Source: Actinomycetota bacterium (lineage in GTDB: Bacteria; Actinomycetota; Actinomycetes; Nanopelagicales; Nanopelagicaceae). From it: 64,000 bases of DNA. The translations under genes were made by a program, and so were the position numbers. Position 1 is the stretch's first letter, and each line of letters begins with the position of its first letter. The notes beneath the pieces are model-generated. The model worked only from the letters and a program-made list of their open reading frames with translations. It was not told the origin of the DNA and searched no databases. Location of the stretch: positions 5,815 through 69,814 of the forward strand of contig JAQBVO010000006.1 of the NCBI GenBank assembly GCA_027728065.1, read 5' to 3'. This document shows positions 17,343 through 27,594 of this stretch, piece by piece.

Positions 17343-18275
17343 ATGCAGAATTCTTTTGCTCCACTATTTGTTGGTGGTTCTGGTCGTAGCGGTACAACAA
17401 TTATTGTGAATCTCCTGAAGAGTCATCCCGAAATACATTCGAGCCTTCCTCGCGAGATTAAATATGTAACTTCTCGATATGGTCTTGTGGATCTTAACTT
17501 TGGAAGGTCAATGAGGCTTGAGGAAGATTTTAAAGGGGCAAAGAATAATCTTGCGGCCAGTATCAATAATCGATTTGGAAATAGAAAAGAAGAGGTTTTC
17601 CTTGCCTCTCTGAAAAGTAAATGGTGGAGTGAGGTAGGTAAAAAGGGAAAGCCACGGGGTCTCGTACAAGGTGTCACCGAAGAACAGTTGGCAGAGATTT
17701 CATCTCGGTTTAGCTCCTCTTACGAGAAAGATCTGCTTATTGCCAGTAGAGAACTCTTTTATGACTTGTCGTCCTGCCAGTTCAAGAAAGACACCGCACG
17801 CTACTTTGCCGATTCCACCCCCGTTAACACAATGCAGGCTCATTTGATATATCAACTATTTCCCGATGCTCTGTTTATTAATATGATTCGCGATGGTCGC
17901 GATGTCGCATACTCAGTCTCAAAAGAACGATGGGGGCCGAGTGATCCTTTAAAGGCCTTGAAATGGTGGAGTAACCGAATTCTAGTCTCCCATCAATCAT
18001 TGTCACAACTGCCTCACAAACAACATTTAGAAATCAGATTAGAAGAGTTGATTGCATCTGATAGAGAAGCTCAGTACCTAAAGATTTTAAATTTTCTTAA
18101 TATTTCTGATCATCTCCCGATGCGCGAATTCTTCAATGTTGAGATGCGTTCAGAAAAAATGTCTCATGGTGAATGGAAGAAAAATGTAACGGATCCTATT
18201 GCGTTCGATAAGGCATACGACAAGGTGCTATTAAAACTGAAGAATCAAGGCGTAGATATTGAAAAAATGTATTAA
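17343..18275 (+). CDS. PAPS-dependent sulfotransferase family protein (paralogue)
   Basis: GGSGRSGTT, DSTPVN, RDGRDVAYS motifs. Confidence 0.88.
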   Translation: MQNSFAPLFVGGSGRSGTTIIVNLLKSHPEIHSSLPREIKYVTSRYGLVDLNFGRSMRLEEDFKGAKNNLAASINNRFGNRKEEVFLASLKSKWWSEVGKKGKPRGLVQGVTEEQLAEISSRFSSSYEKDLLIASRELFYDLSSCQFKKDTARYFADSTPVNTMQAHLIYQLFPDALFINMIRDGRDVAYSVSKERWGPSDPLKALKWWSNRILVSHQSLSQLPHKQHLEIRLEELIASDREAQYLKILNFLNISDHLPMREFFNVEMRSEKMSHGEWKKNVTDPIAFDKAYDKVLLKLKNQGVDIEKMY

Positions 18276-19027
18276 CTAGAAATAATTCTGTATCCATTTA
18301 TTAAGATGACTACAACGCCTACTAAAAGAGCTAGCTGCCTGCGCGGAAGTTTGGAGACAATGCGGGCTGCGATCGGGGCCATAAGTAATCCACCTAGTGC
18401 CAATCCGCCCACTACGGCCCAATCAATATCCAACTTATGAATATTGAGTAAGAAGCCGAGGCTTGCCGAGACTGCAACTATAAACTCGGCTGCACTGACA
18501 GTTCCGATGATTTTCCTTGGTGTCATGTTTGTGGCGGTCATCAAAGTTGGTGTGACAACTGGGCCCCATCCGCCCCCACCTGCCGCATCAACAAACTCAC
18601 CTGAAAATCCAAGAAATGTTAGGAAACGTAGGTTGCTGGCTGATTCAGCTAGCTGTGGGTTTGGAGTTTGAAATAAATTTCTATAGAGCAAGAGGAAGCC
18701 AAGAAATAACAAAAGTGTTGAAATAAAAATCTTAGATGCTGAAAGGTCTATCGATGCTAGAAATGTCGCCCCCAATAGTGCTCCAATGCCTCCAGGTATG
18801 GCGAGTTTAAAGAGAACCTCCTTATTAATATTTTCAGCATGCCAATGCGATACACCCGATACTAAAGTTGTTCCAATCTCTGCTGCATGTACGGCCGCCG
18901 ATGCAACCGCAGCCGATGCACCGAGGGTAAGCAGCAGTGTTGAACTTGTAAGGCCAAAACCCATTCCTAGGGTTCCATCAATGAGCTGGGCGATAGATCC
19001 AGCTAGTGCAAAGAAGATCCAATTCAT
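18272..19027 (-). CDS. TauE/SafE (TSUP) family sulfur-anion transporter
   Basis: AQLIDGTLGMGFG and VDAAGGGGWGP motifs, about 8 TM segments; start overlaps the cysNC stop. Confidence 0.9.
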   Translation of the reverse strand: MNWIFFALAGSIAQLIDGTLGMGFGLTSSTLLLTLGASAAVASAAVHAAEIGTTLVSGVSHWHAENINKEVLFKLAIPGGIGALLGATFLASIDLSASKIFISTLLLFLGFLLLYRNLFQTPNPQLAESASNLRFLTFLGFSGEFVDAAGGGGWGPVVTPTLMTATNMTPRKIIGTVSAAEFIVAVSASLGFLLNIHKLDIDWAVVGGLALGGLLMAPIAARIVSKLPRRQLALLVGVVVILINGYRIISS

Positions 19028-20847
19028 ATGATTTCTTTGAGTATTAGCGATGTATTTCTATCAATATCGGCAGTTCCATCTAGAACTATCTCTGGCTTTA
19101 CTGGCTTCTCATAGCCCTGTCCAATACCAGTCAGATTAGGAATCTGGCCTTGCGCGGCTTTCTTATAGAGTCCCTTGGGATCTCGTGCGAGACATATATC
19201 GACGGGGGTATCGACAAATACTTCAATAAAGTCGCCATCATCAAAGAGTGAACGGGCACGTTGGCGATCTACCTCAAAAGGGCTAACGAGGGCGGTTATG
19301 ACGATTAACCCTGCATCCACCATAAGCTTTGCAACCTCAGAGACACGTCGAACATTTTCGGCGCGATCCTGGGGAGTAAATCCAAGATCGACGTTAAGAC
19401 CCATACGCAGATTATCTCCATCGAGAACGTATGCGTGCATGCCAAGTGCTTGCAGCCGCTTTTCGAGTAGATTTGCAATAGTTGACTTACCCGATCCCGG
19501 TAGTCCAGTTAACCAAATCACTTTAGCGCTCTGATTCTTTGCACTCTCTCGCACAGATTTATCGATTTCATAGGCCTGGTAAGTGATATTTTCACCTCTG
19601 CGTAAAGAGTGTCGAATCATCCCAGCGCCTACCGTTTGAAAATTGAGACGATCGATAAGAATAAAATTACCGAACTCGCGTGATTGCTTGTATGGCAGGA
19701 GTGGAAGCGGTTGATTAGTGGCTATTTCAACTAGCCCTATCTCGTTCATAAGCAATGTATTGGCAGAGATTTGCTCACCTGAATTAACATCGATCTTGTG
19801 GAGAATCTTGGTCACAATCACCGGTGTCTGAGTTGGGCCAGAAATCAAGAGATAAGAGCGGCTATGAATCAGTGCATCTTCATTGAGCCAGACCAGATGT
19901 GCGCTAAAGCGATCAGAGAGGTGAATATCTGCCGCAGATGCTGCGATGAGATCACCGCGGGTGATATCTACCTCTGGCTCTAGAACAAGGGTCACGGCAT
20001 CGGATCGAGCGGCGGTTTTTTGCTCACGCATATCAGAGAGAATGTGGCTGATTGTTGCGATTTTATTGCCTGGATAAACCTTTACCTCATCGCCTTGAGC
20101 AAAACCACCCAAGTGAACCGTTCCGCTGACACCTCTGAAGCCATCTGCTCGTAGAACTGACTGAACTCTCATACGAGCACTTTCCACTCTGTCCTCATCT
20201 GGTTGCCATGACTCTATCGCCTGGAGCAAAGTAGAGCCTTGATACCAGGGTAGAGATGGAGTTCTTTCAACGACGTTATCTCCAATTAAGGCACTTAAGG
20301 GAATAAAATCAACATTTGTAAGCTCAAGCTGTGGAAGAACTTCTTCAATCTCATGCTTTATTTGCGTGTAAATACTCTCTTTATAACCAACGGCATCGAG
20401 TTTATTGATAGCGATTAATACGCGATGAATCCCCATCAGTGAACAGATAGTTAAATGTCTACGCGTTTGGATTCTTACACCTTTAATTGCATCTACAAGA
20501 ACTATCGCGATATCAGCACGCGATGCGGCTACTACCATATTGCGTGTGTACTGTTCGTGTCCTGGAGCATCTGAAATAATCAGGCGGCGACCATCGAGCA
20601 ATGACATTGAGCGATATGCCACGTCAATGGTGATTCCCTGCTCGCGCTCTGCCTCTAAGCCATCGGTGAGCAAACTAAAATCTATCTCACCAGCAGGAAT
20701 TGTCGAACCAGCTCTGCGCACTTGGCGCGCTGCATCTACGGTGTCGTAAGGAATGCTATCGGTTTCAACGAGTAATCTCCCTATGAGTGTGCTTTTTCCA
20801 TCATCAACGCTTCCGCAAGTAAGCAACCGCACAATAGGGCTACGCAT
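19024..20847 (-). CDS. cysNC: Bifunctional sulfate adenylyltransferase subunit 1 / adenylyl-sulfate kinase (CysNC, NodQ-like)
   Basis: G-domain GSVDDGKST, EREQGITID, DAPGH, NKLD; C-terminal kinase GLPGSGKST, LDGDNLR, RDPKGLY. Confidence 0.95.
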   Translation of the reverse strand: MRSPIVRLLTCGSVDDGKSTLIGRLLVETDSIPYDTVDAARQVRRAGSTIPAGEIDFSLLTDGLEAEREQGITIDVAYRSMSLLDGRRLIISDAPGHEQYTRNMVVAASRADIAIVLVDAIKGVRIQTRRHLTICSLMGIHRVLIAINKLDAVGYKESIYTQIKHEIEEVLPQLELTNVDFIPLSALIGDNVVERTPSLPWYQGSTLLQAIESWQPDEDRVESARMRVQSVLRADGFRGVSGTVHLGGFAQGDEVKVYPGNKIATISHILSDMREQKTAARSDAVTLVLEPEVDITRGDLIAASAADIHLSDRFSAHLVWLNEDALIHSRSYLLISGPTQTPVIVTKILHKIDVNSGEQISANTLLMNEIGLVEIATNQPLPLLPYKQSREFGNFILIDRLNFQTVGAGMIRHSLRRGENITYQAYEIDKSVRESAKNQSAKVIWLTGLPGSGKSTIANLLEKRLQALGMHAYVLDGDNLRMGLNVDLGFTPQDRAENVRRVSEVAKLMVDAGLIVITALVSPFEVDRQRARSLFDDGDFIEVFVDTPVDICLARDPKGLYKKAAQGQIPNLTGIGQGYEKPVKPEIVLDGTADIDRNTSLILKEII

Positions 20848-21758
20848 TAGAAGTAGCCCTCGCTCTTCTTCTTCTCCATAGAATCTTCAAGAGCACCATC
20901 AATCAAGCGTGTTGCGCGCTCACTTAGTTTGACAGCCAGAACCTCTTCTACAATCTCGGCAATCGTAGTTGCATCGGATTCGACCGCTGCAGTAAGTGGA
21001 TAGCATCCCAAAGTACGGAAACGAACACGCATCATCTCGGGCTTTTCGCCTTGTTGCAGTGGATAGCGTTCGTCATCGACCATGATTAACTGTCCGCCCC
21101 GCTTGATGACTGGACGAGTTTGGGCAAAATAAAGTGGATTAACTTCGATATTTTCCGCCGCGATATAGCGCCAGACATCGGATTCGCTCCAATCAGAGAG
21201 TGGAAATACCCGGATAGTTTGAGCGGGTGCAAGACGCGTGTTGTACGAGCGCCAGAGTTCTGGGCGCTGGTTGCGCGGATTCCAACGGTGACCTTCCTCT
21301 CGCAAACTAAAGATCCGCTCCTTCGCCCGTGACTTCTCTTCATCTCGCCTTGAACCACCGATTGCTGCATCGACTCCATATTGATCTAGTGCCTGCCGCA
21401 GTGCAACGGTCTTCATGATTCGGGTGTACTCCGATATTCCAGATGTAAATGGATTCACTCCTGAATCCGCGCCCTCTTGATTTGTGTGAACAATCAATGT
21501 GAGCGCGTTATCTGCAACTACTTTGTCGCGAAAAGTGATCATCTCTTTAAACTTCCACGTTGTATCAACGTGTAGAAGTTGAAATGGCACTGGCGCAGGA
21601 TAAAAAGCCTTTTTGGTAAGGTGAAGAAGTACCGATGAATCCTTACCGATGGAGTACATCATCACTGGTTTGCGGAATGTGGCAGCAGTCTCACGCAAAA
21701 TCTCTATCGACTCTGCCTCCAGTGCCCGAAGTATTTTCCCATCAACTCGCATAGGCAT
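20847..21758 (-). CDS. cysD: Sulfate adenylyltransferase subunit 2 (CysD, NodP-like)
   Basis: [46 protein letters not shown]; true start may be the second ATG at 21752. Confidence 0.97.
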   Translation of the reverse strand: MPMRVDGKILRALEAESIEILRETAATFRKPVMMYSIGKDSSVLLHLTKKAFYPAPVPFQLLHVDTTWKFKEMITFRDKVVADNALTLIVHTNQEGADSGVNPFTSGISEYTRIMKTVALRQALDQYGVDAAIGGSRRDEEKSRAKERIFSLREEGHRWNPRNQRPELWRSYNTRLAPAQTIRVFPLSDWSESDVWRYIAAENIEVNPLYFAQTRPVIKRGGQLIMVDDERYPLQQGEKPEMMRVRFRTLGCYPLTAAVESDATTIAEIVEEVLAVKLSERATRLIDGALEDSMEKKKSEGYF

Positions 21759-21818
21759 AGGTTACTGGCCTTTATTGTGGATTTTCGCAACTATGAAGTA
21801 TTTATGCAGACTCAAAGC

Positions 21819-21917
21819 ATGGATACTTTGTTTGATCCCCCAACTATAGGTTCGGTCACTTTTCAAAATCGCGTCCGGGTCTCACCGATGTGCCAATTCT
21901 CGGCTAATGATAGCTGA
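21819..21917 (+). pseudogene. Truncated NADH:flavin oxidoreductase (old yellow enzyme, YqjM/NamA-like) N-terminus
   Basis: MDTLFDPPTIGSVTFQNRVRVSPMCQFSANDS*, matching the LFxPxTI...NRxxVSPMCQxSA start of OYE enzymes; stops after 32 aa. Confidence 0.75.
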
Positions 21918-21938
21918 GAATTTAATCTCTATCTACCT

Positions 21939-22592
21939 CTAGTGCGTAGCCTTCAATCCTCTAGCTATTGCAATACCGATCACTGCTCCGATGAACTGAG
22001 CGATAACAAATCCTGCGACTGAGTTAATCTCAATACCGGCAAAACTATCGCTAAAGGCGCGTGCAAAGGTTACTGCTGGGTTTGCAAAGGTCGTTGATGG
22101 GGTAAAGAAATAAGCAGAGCCGATCCAGCCGGCAACGGCTAGTGGGAGATATCGACCTGCACTCTCTTTGCTCATTAAGGAGATAACAAGTATTAATCCA
22201 GCAGTTGCAACGACCTCACTCAAGAGGAGATTTGAACCGGTTTTAGAGTGCGTTGATGCACCGATGGCGGGTAGTTCAAACATCACGTTAGCGATGACAA
22301 CCCCAATAAATCCTCCTGCTACTTGAGCAAGAAGATAATATACCGCGCTTGTAATTGAAATTGACTTGTTAATCACAGCCATCAATGTGACTGCAGGATT
22401 GAAATGGGCACCACTAATAGAGCCCAACATGGCGATTAGCACGGCTAAAATTAGAAACGTTGTAAAAGCGACTATAAATAACTGTAAGCCAACATCTTTA
22501 GTTAAGTTTGTCGCCATTATTCCCGAACCAACGATTGCCATAGCCAAAATCGCGGTGCCTAAAAACTCTGCGAAAATTACGCGGATTTTCAT
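21939..22592 (-). CDS. MIP/aquaporin family channel, arsenic-associated (AqpS-like)
   Basis: SGAHFNPAVT and AYFFTPSTTFANPAVTFARAFSDSFAGI; AEFLGTA..VVGSGIMA-type N-terminus resembles ars-operon MIPs. Confidence 0.88.
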   Translation of the reverse strand: MKIRVIFAEFLGTAILAMAIVGSGIMATNLTKDVGLQLFIVAFTTFLILAVLIAMLGSISGAHFNPAVTLMAVINKSISITSAVYYLLAQVAGGFIGVVIANVMFELPAIGASTHSKTGSNLLLSEVVATAGLILVISLMSKESAGRYLPLAVAGWIGSAYFFTPSTTFANPAVTFARAFSDSFAGIEINSVAGFVIAQFIGAVIGIAIARGLKATH

Positions 22593-23087
22593 TTATGAGA
22601 CTCCAATTATATCTACGACAAATATTAAAGTTTCATTTTTACCGATAGGACCAGAGCCATCTTTACCATAGCCAAGATCGGCAGGGATCACGAGTAAACG
22701 ACGACCGCCAACTTTTGCACCTGGCAACCCCTGTTGCCATCCTGCAATTACGTTTGCAAGTGGAAATGTTGCTGGCTGCCCACTGTTCCATGAGGATTCA
22801 ACGATCGAACCATTTGACCATGACATCAATGTGTAATGAACCGTCAGAGTCGATGTTGCAACTACTTCTGTTCCAGTACCAACGATGATGTCTTGGCTCT
22901 GCAGAGTTGCAGGCGGAGTTCCTGATGGAGCGCCAATCGTTGGCGCTTGCCCAGCCTCACCTGTTACCGCTGGTAGCCCTGATGGGGATATATCTGTCAC
23001 TGCCTGATCTCCTTTGCCACATGCCGTTAAGGATGTGATTGATAGCGCGAAAATTGCGGCGATTGCTAAAGCCCTATATTTTTTCAT
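22593..23087 (-). CDS. FKBP-type peptidyl-prolyl isomerase, lipoprotein
   Basis: Lipobox LTAC; VHY, ESSW, VIAGWQQG, GGRRLLVIPADLGYG, LIFVVD. Confidence 0.92.
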   Translation of the reverse strand: MKKYRALAIAAIFALSITSLTACGKGDQAVTDISPSGLPAVTGEAGQAPTIGAPSGTPPATLQSQDIIVGTGTEVVATSTLTVHYTLMSWSNGSIVESSWNSGQPATFPLANVIAGWQQGLPGAKVGGRRLLVIPADLGYGKDGSGPIGKNETLIFVVDIIGVS

Positions 23088-23096
23088 TTATATCCT

Positions 23097-24431
<1,335 letters not shown>

Positions 24432-25625
24432 CTAACCGATGAAGAAGCTTGGAAGTTTCTTCTCTAACGCTGGCTTAATGCCCCATTGCGTACAGATTTG
24501 GCGGTACCTCAAAAGCTCAATGGCTTCGGGGGATGCATCGCTCTTAACGGCGCGAATCATCAGATTACGCGGTGTGTGCTCTCCCCCAATAAACTCAATA
24601 ATCTCGACGCGATAGCCCATAATTCGCAGAATCTGTGCGCGCAGTGAGTCGGTTATTAAATCCCCTAGGCGCTCCTTCATTAATCCGAATTTTGTTACAG
24701 CCCCCCATGGCTCAGGGCTCTCTTGCATCTGCTGTTGAATATCGTGATGACAACACGGTGCGATTAACAAAAGCTTAGCCCCACCGTTAACGGCCCAAGC
24801 GATTGTATCATCGGTGGCCGTATCGCATGCATGAAGTGCTATAACAACATCTGCATGTTGGGCGGTGGTAGTTGCAATCTCTTCGGCGCGGAAAGTAATT
24901 GTTGAGCTGATTCCGAGATTCTGGGCAATCGTATTGTTACGCTCTCGCGATGCTGCCCTGAGATCGATACCTGTAACCATGACAGGGACTCCTATCGAAG
25001 ACAAATATTGATGGGCTGCAAATGTTAGATATGCATGACCACAGCCAAGATCTACGATAGACAAAGGAGCTTTTTCGGTTGGTTGATGAATATCACCGCC
25101 TGCTATTGCACTCTCAAGTGTGGGCACAAGCAGCCGCAGAAACTCTTCGACTTGCATGTACTTATCCTTTTTAGATGGTTTTATGAGGCCTTTGTGATCG
25201 GCGATTCCTACCTCGAGTAAGAATGGATCGGATGGATCAAGAAGACGTCTCTTCTTCTTGTCATGATCAAGATTTTGTGTAAGTGATCTCTTCTCATAGT
25301 GGCGCTGTGCATCACCACGTTTAGTGATTCTGATAGATGTTGACCCCTCGGTCTGTTCTACCAAAATATGTGCATAGCCGCTTGCAAGTAAATCGAAAAT
25401 CCAACCGTACTCAGGGGCGAGATTCTTAACTGTATTTGCACTGCCATCACCATAGCTCAACTGCAGTAGCACGGCGGTCTTTATTTCAACTGGACGAATA
25501 TCAATACGCTCATGCTCGGTTGACATATTACGGCGGCGGCCTGATAGAACTACACGTACAAGTGAGTTTGTATCTAAAATCTGCATGCACGCATCTTTGA
25601 ATGCTTCATCTAATGAAAGAGCCAT
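24432..25625 (-). CDS. SAM-dependent methyltransferase
   Basis: Motif I IVDLGCGHAYLTF, ALHACDTATD, APCCH, HTPRN. Confidence 0.85.
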   Translation of the reverse strand: MALSLDEAFKDACMQILDTNSLVRVVLSGRRRNMSTEHERIDIRPVEIKTAVLLQLSYGDGSANTVKNLAPEYGWIFDLLASGYAHILVEQTEGSTSIRITKRGDAQRHYEKRSLTQNLDHDKKKRRLLDPSDPFLLEVGIADHKGLIKPSKKDKYMQVEEFLRLLVPTLESAIAGGDIHQPTEKAPLSIVDLGCGHAYLTFAAHQYLSSIGVPVMVTGIDLRAASRERNNTIAQNLGISSTITFRAEEIATTTAQHADVVIALHACDTATDDTIAWAVNGGAKLLLIAPCCHHDIQQQMQESPEPWGAVTKFGLMKERLGDLITDSLRAQILRIMGYRVEIIEFIGGEHTPRNLMIRAVKSDASPEAIELLRYRQICTQWGIKPALEKKLPSFFIG

Positions 25626-25642
25626 AGTAAATTTGCGCGAAA

Positions 25643-26806
25643 TTATCGCGCAGATCTTTCTTGCCGAAAATGAACTTCAACGGCCAAGCCACCGAGATCA
25701 CTCTTTCTCAAAGTGAGCGTGCCATTGTGCCGCTCTATAACTGCGCTCATAATGCTCAAGCCAAGTCCACTGCCACCACTCTCGCGCGATCGTGAGCGAT
25801 CAAAGCGTTTAAGGCCTTGAATTTTTTCTCCGTAGTACTGCTCTGGCAGACCCGCCCCCCCATCTTCGATGATTAATGTGATCTCTCTACCACCTTTGAG
25901 TGTAATTCGCACGAGCACGTTTGCCTCTGTATGAACTCTAATATTAGTAAGAGCATTTGCGATAAAGCGCTGAAGGTATTTCTCTGATCCATTGATGCTA
26001 ATCTGATCATCGATGGCAAGCTCCATACTTATTTCAGGTGCAATTAAGGCGTAATCCCTGACATTATCAGTCAGTAACTCTGAGAGATTGACCATTGAGA
26101 AGGGAAGAACATTCTCTTCTCCCAACTCTGCCAAGATTAAGAGATCGGCGACAAGGCTCTCCATGCGTTTAATTTCACTATTGAGGCGTTCAAAGGCCAA
26201 GGCTGCGCGCTCTGGCTCTAATTGATTGCCCTCTAAAAGTTGGGAATACCCCTTTATGACCGTTAGTGGTGTGCGCAGTTCATGGGCTGCATCGCCAAGA
26301 AACTCCTGCATCTTCTTGCGCGCACCTCTTTCCAGAGCCAGTGCACTAGAGCGATTAATAAGAATTGATACAAACGATGCCAAAGAGTTGGCAAAGATAA
26401 TAAAAACAAGTAGTCGCCAGAGATTTCGAGCCAGGTTCCTATCGATTTGAAGAATCGATGCGGCAACAAGTAACTTCTCGCCACCTGATAGTTGAATATA
26501 TTGAATTCTTAACTTCTGCGGATCTTCAAGAGATACTCGTCCAGACTCTTTCAGCGGTACAACTTCACCGGTTGGAGCCATAAAAGCCAGAGTGATATCA
26601 AAGTTGTTCTCTTCAATGCTAAGTAATGCAGCAGCGATTGGGTTTGCTGGGCTTTGAGCCACATCTAATACGATGGTGTTGAGATGCCCATCGACTATTG
26701 AGAGCTCTGATTGATAAGAGCCCCAAACGGCAAAGCCACCGATGAAGAGTGAGAGAATCGAGGTAACCGTAGCGGTTGCAAGAATCTGGCGGGCCGTGCT
26801 CTTCAT
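25643..26806 (-). CDS. Sensor histidine kinase (PhoR-like)
   Basis: Two TM segments; H-box DAAHELRTPLT, N-box NALTNIRVH, EDGGAG, GGSGLGLS. Confidence 0.93.
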   Translation of the reverse strand: MKSTARQILATATVTSILSLFIGGFAVWGSYQSELSIVDGHLNTIVLDVAQSPANPIAAALLSIEENNFDITLAFMAPTGEVVPLKESGRVSLEDPQKLRIQYIQLSGGEKLLVAASILQIDRNLARNLWRLLVFIIFANSLASFVSILINRSSALALERGARKKMQEFLGDAAHELRTPLTVIKGYSQLLEGNQLEPERAALAFERLNSEIKRMESLVADLLILAELGEENVLPFSMVNLSELLTDNVRDYALIAPEISMELAIDDQISINGSEKYLQRFIANALTNIRVHTEANVLVRITLKGGREITLIIEDGGAGLPEQYYGEKIQGLKRFDRSRSRESGGSGLGLSIMSAVIERHNGTLTLRKSDLGGLAVEVHFRQERSAR

Positions 26807-26811
26807 TAACC

Positions 26812-27495
26812 TTACTTAGGTTCCTGGATCTGAAAACCCACACCGCGAACGGTCTTAATGCCTTCAAAGCCATCACGGTGAAACTTTTTGCGCAAGTATG
26901 AGATGTATGTATCGGTGACAGTGCTCTCAGATTCAAAGGTAATTCCCCATACCTGGTCCAAGAGTTGTTTCTTGCTCAGTACCCGCCCTTTTTTCTCCAT
27001 TAAAACCTGTAACAGTCGATACTCTGTTGGGGAGAGCTCTACACCTTCGCCGTTAAAAGTTACAGAGTGTTGATCATCATTGATCGTTATTGGGCCACAG
27101 CTCAGCAGTGCTGGGGTGGTCGTAGATTTATATGATCTCCTTAAAATAGCCCTAATCCGAAGTACTAGCTCTTCGATTCCGAAGGGTTTGACTACATAGT
27201 CATCGGCACCGATCTTTAATCCTCTGGCTATATCGTTCTTATCTTCGCGCGCAGTCAACATTAAAACGGGAGTTAAATTATTAGTGCTTCGTAAACGCTC
27301 AACAAGCTCGAAGCCATCCATTAATGGCATATTGATATCGATCACCATCAGCGCCGGTTTGTTACTGCGCAGAAGCGTCAGCGCCGACATTCCATCCTTG
27401 GCCTCGATAACCTCGAACTCGGCGATACTTAACGCATCTCGCAGAAGCGCTCGAACGCCCGGTTCATCATCAACGATCATTATCTGCTCGGCCAT
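26812..27495 (-). CDS. OmpR/PhoB-family response regulator (mycobacterial PhoP/TcrX-like)
   Basis: VDDE, DINMP, GADDYVVKPF, LSPTEY, YISYLRKK, TVRGVGF. Confidence 0.95.
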   Translation of the reverse strand: MAEQIMIVDDEPGVRALLRDALSIAEFEVIEAKDGMSALTLLRSNKPALMVIDINMPLMDGFELVERLRSTNNLTPVLMLTAREDKNDIARGLKIGADDYVVKPFGIEELVLRIRAILRRSYKSTTTPALLSCGPITINDDQHSVTFNGEGVELSPTEYRLLQVLMEKKGRVLSKKQLLDQVWGITFESESTVTDTYISYLRKKFHRDGFEGIKTVRGVGFQIQEPK

Positions 27496-27555
27496 GGCCC
27501 CACTCTTTCATGCATGGGCAGAGTTGCCAATCTAATCTGCATTCAAAGATGTGTT

Positions 27556-27572
27556 TCACAGAGAAAACACAG
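27556..27572 (+). promoter_or_regulatory. PhoP-box-like direct repeat TCACAG-N5-ACACAG
   Basis: 11-bp period, between the response regulator and a divergent secreted-protein gene; overlaps the expected -35 region of a CATTAT -10 box at 27583-27588. Confidence 0.45.
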
Positions 27573-27594
27573 GGATTTGCGCCATTATTTACCC

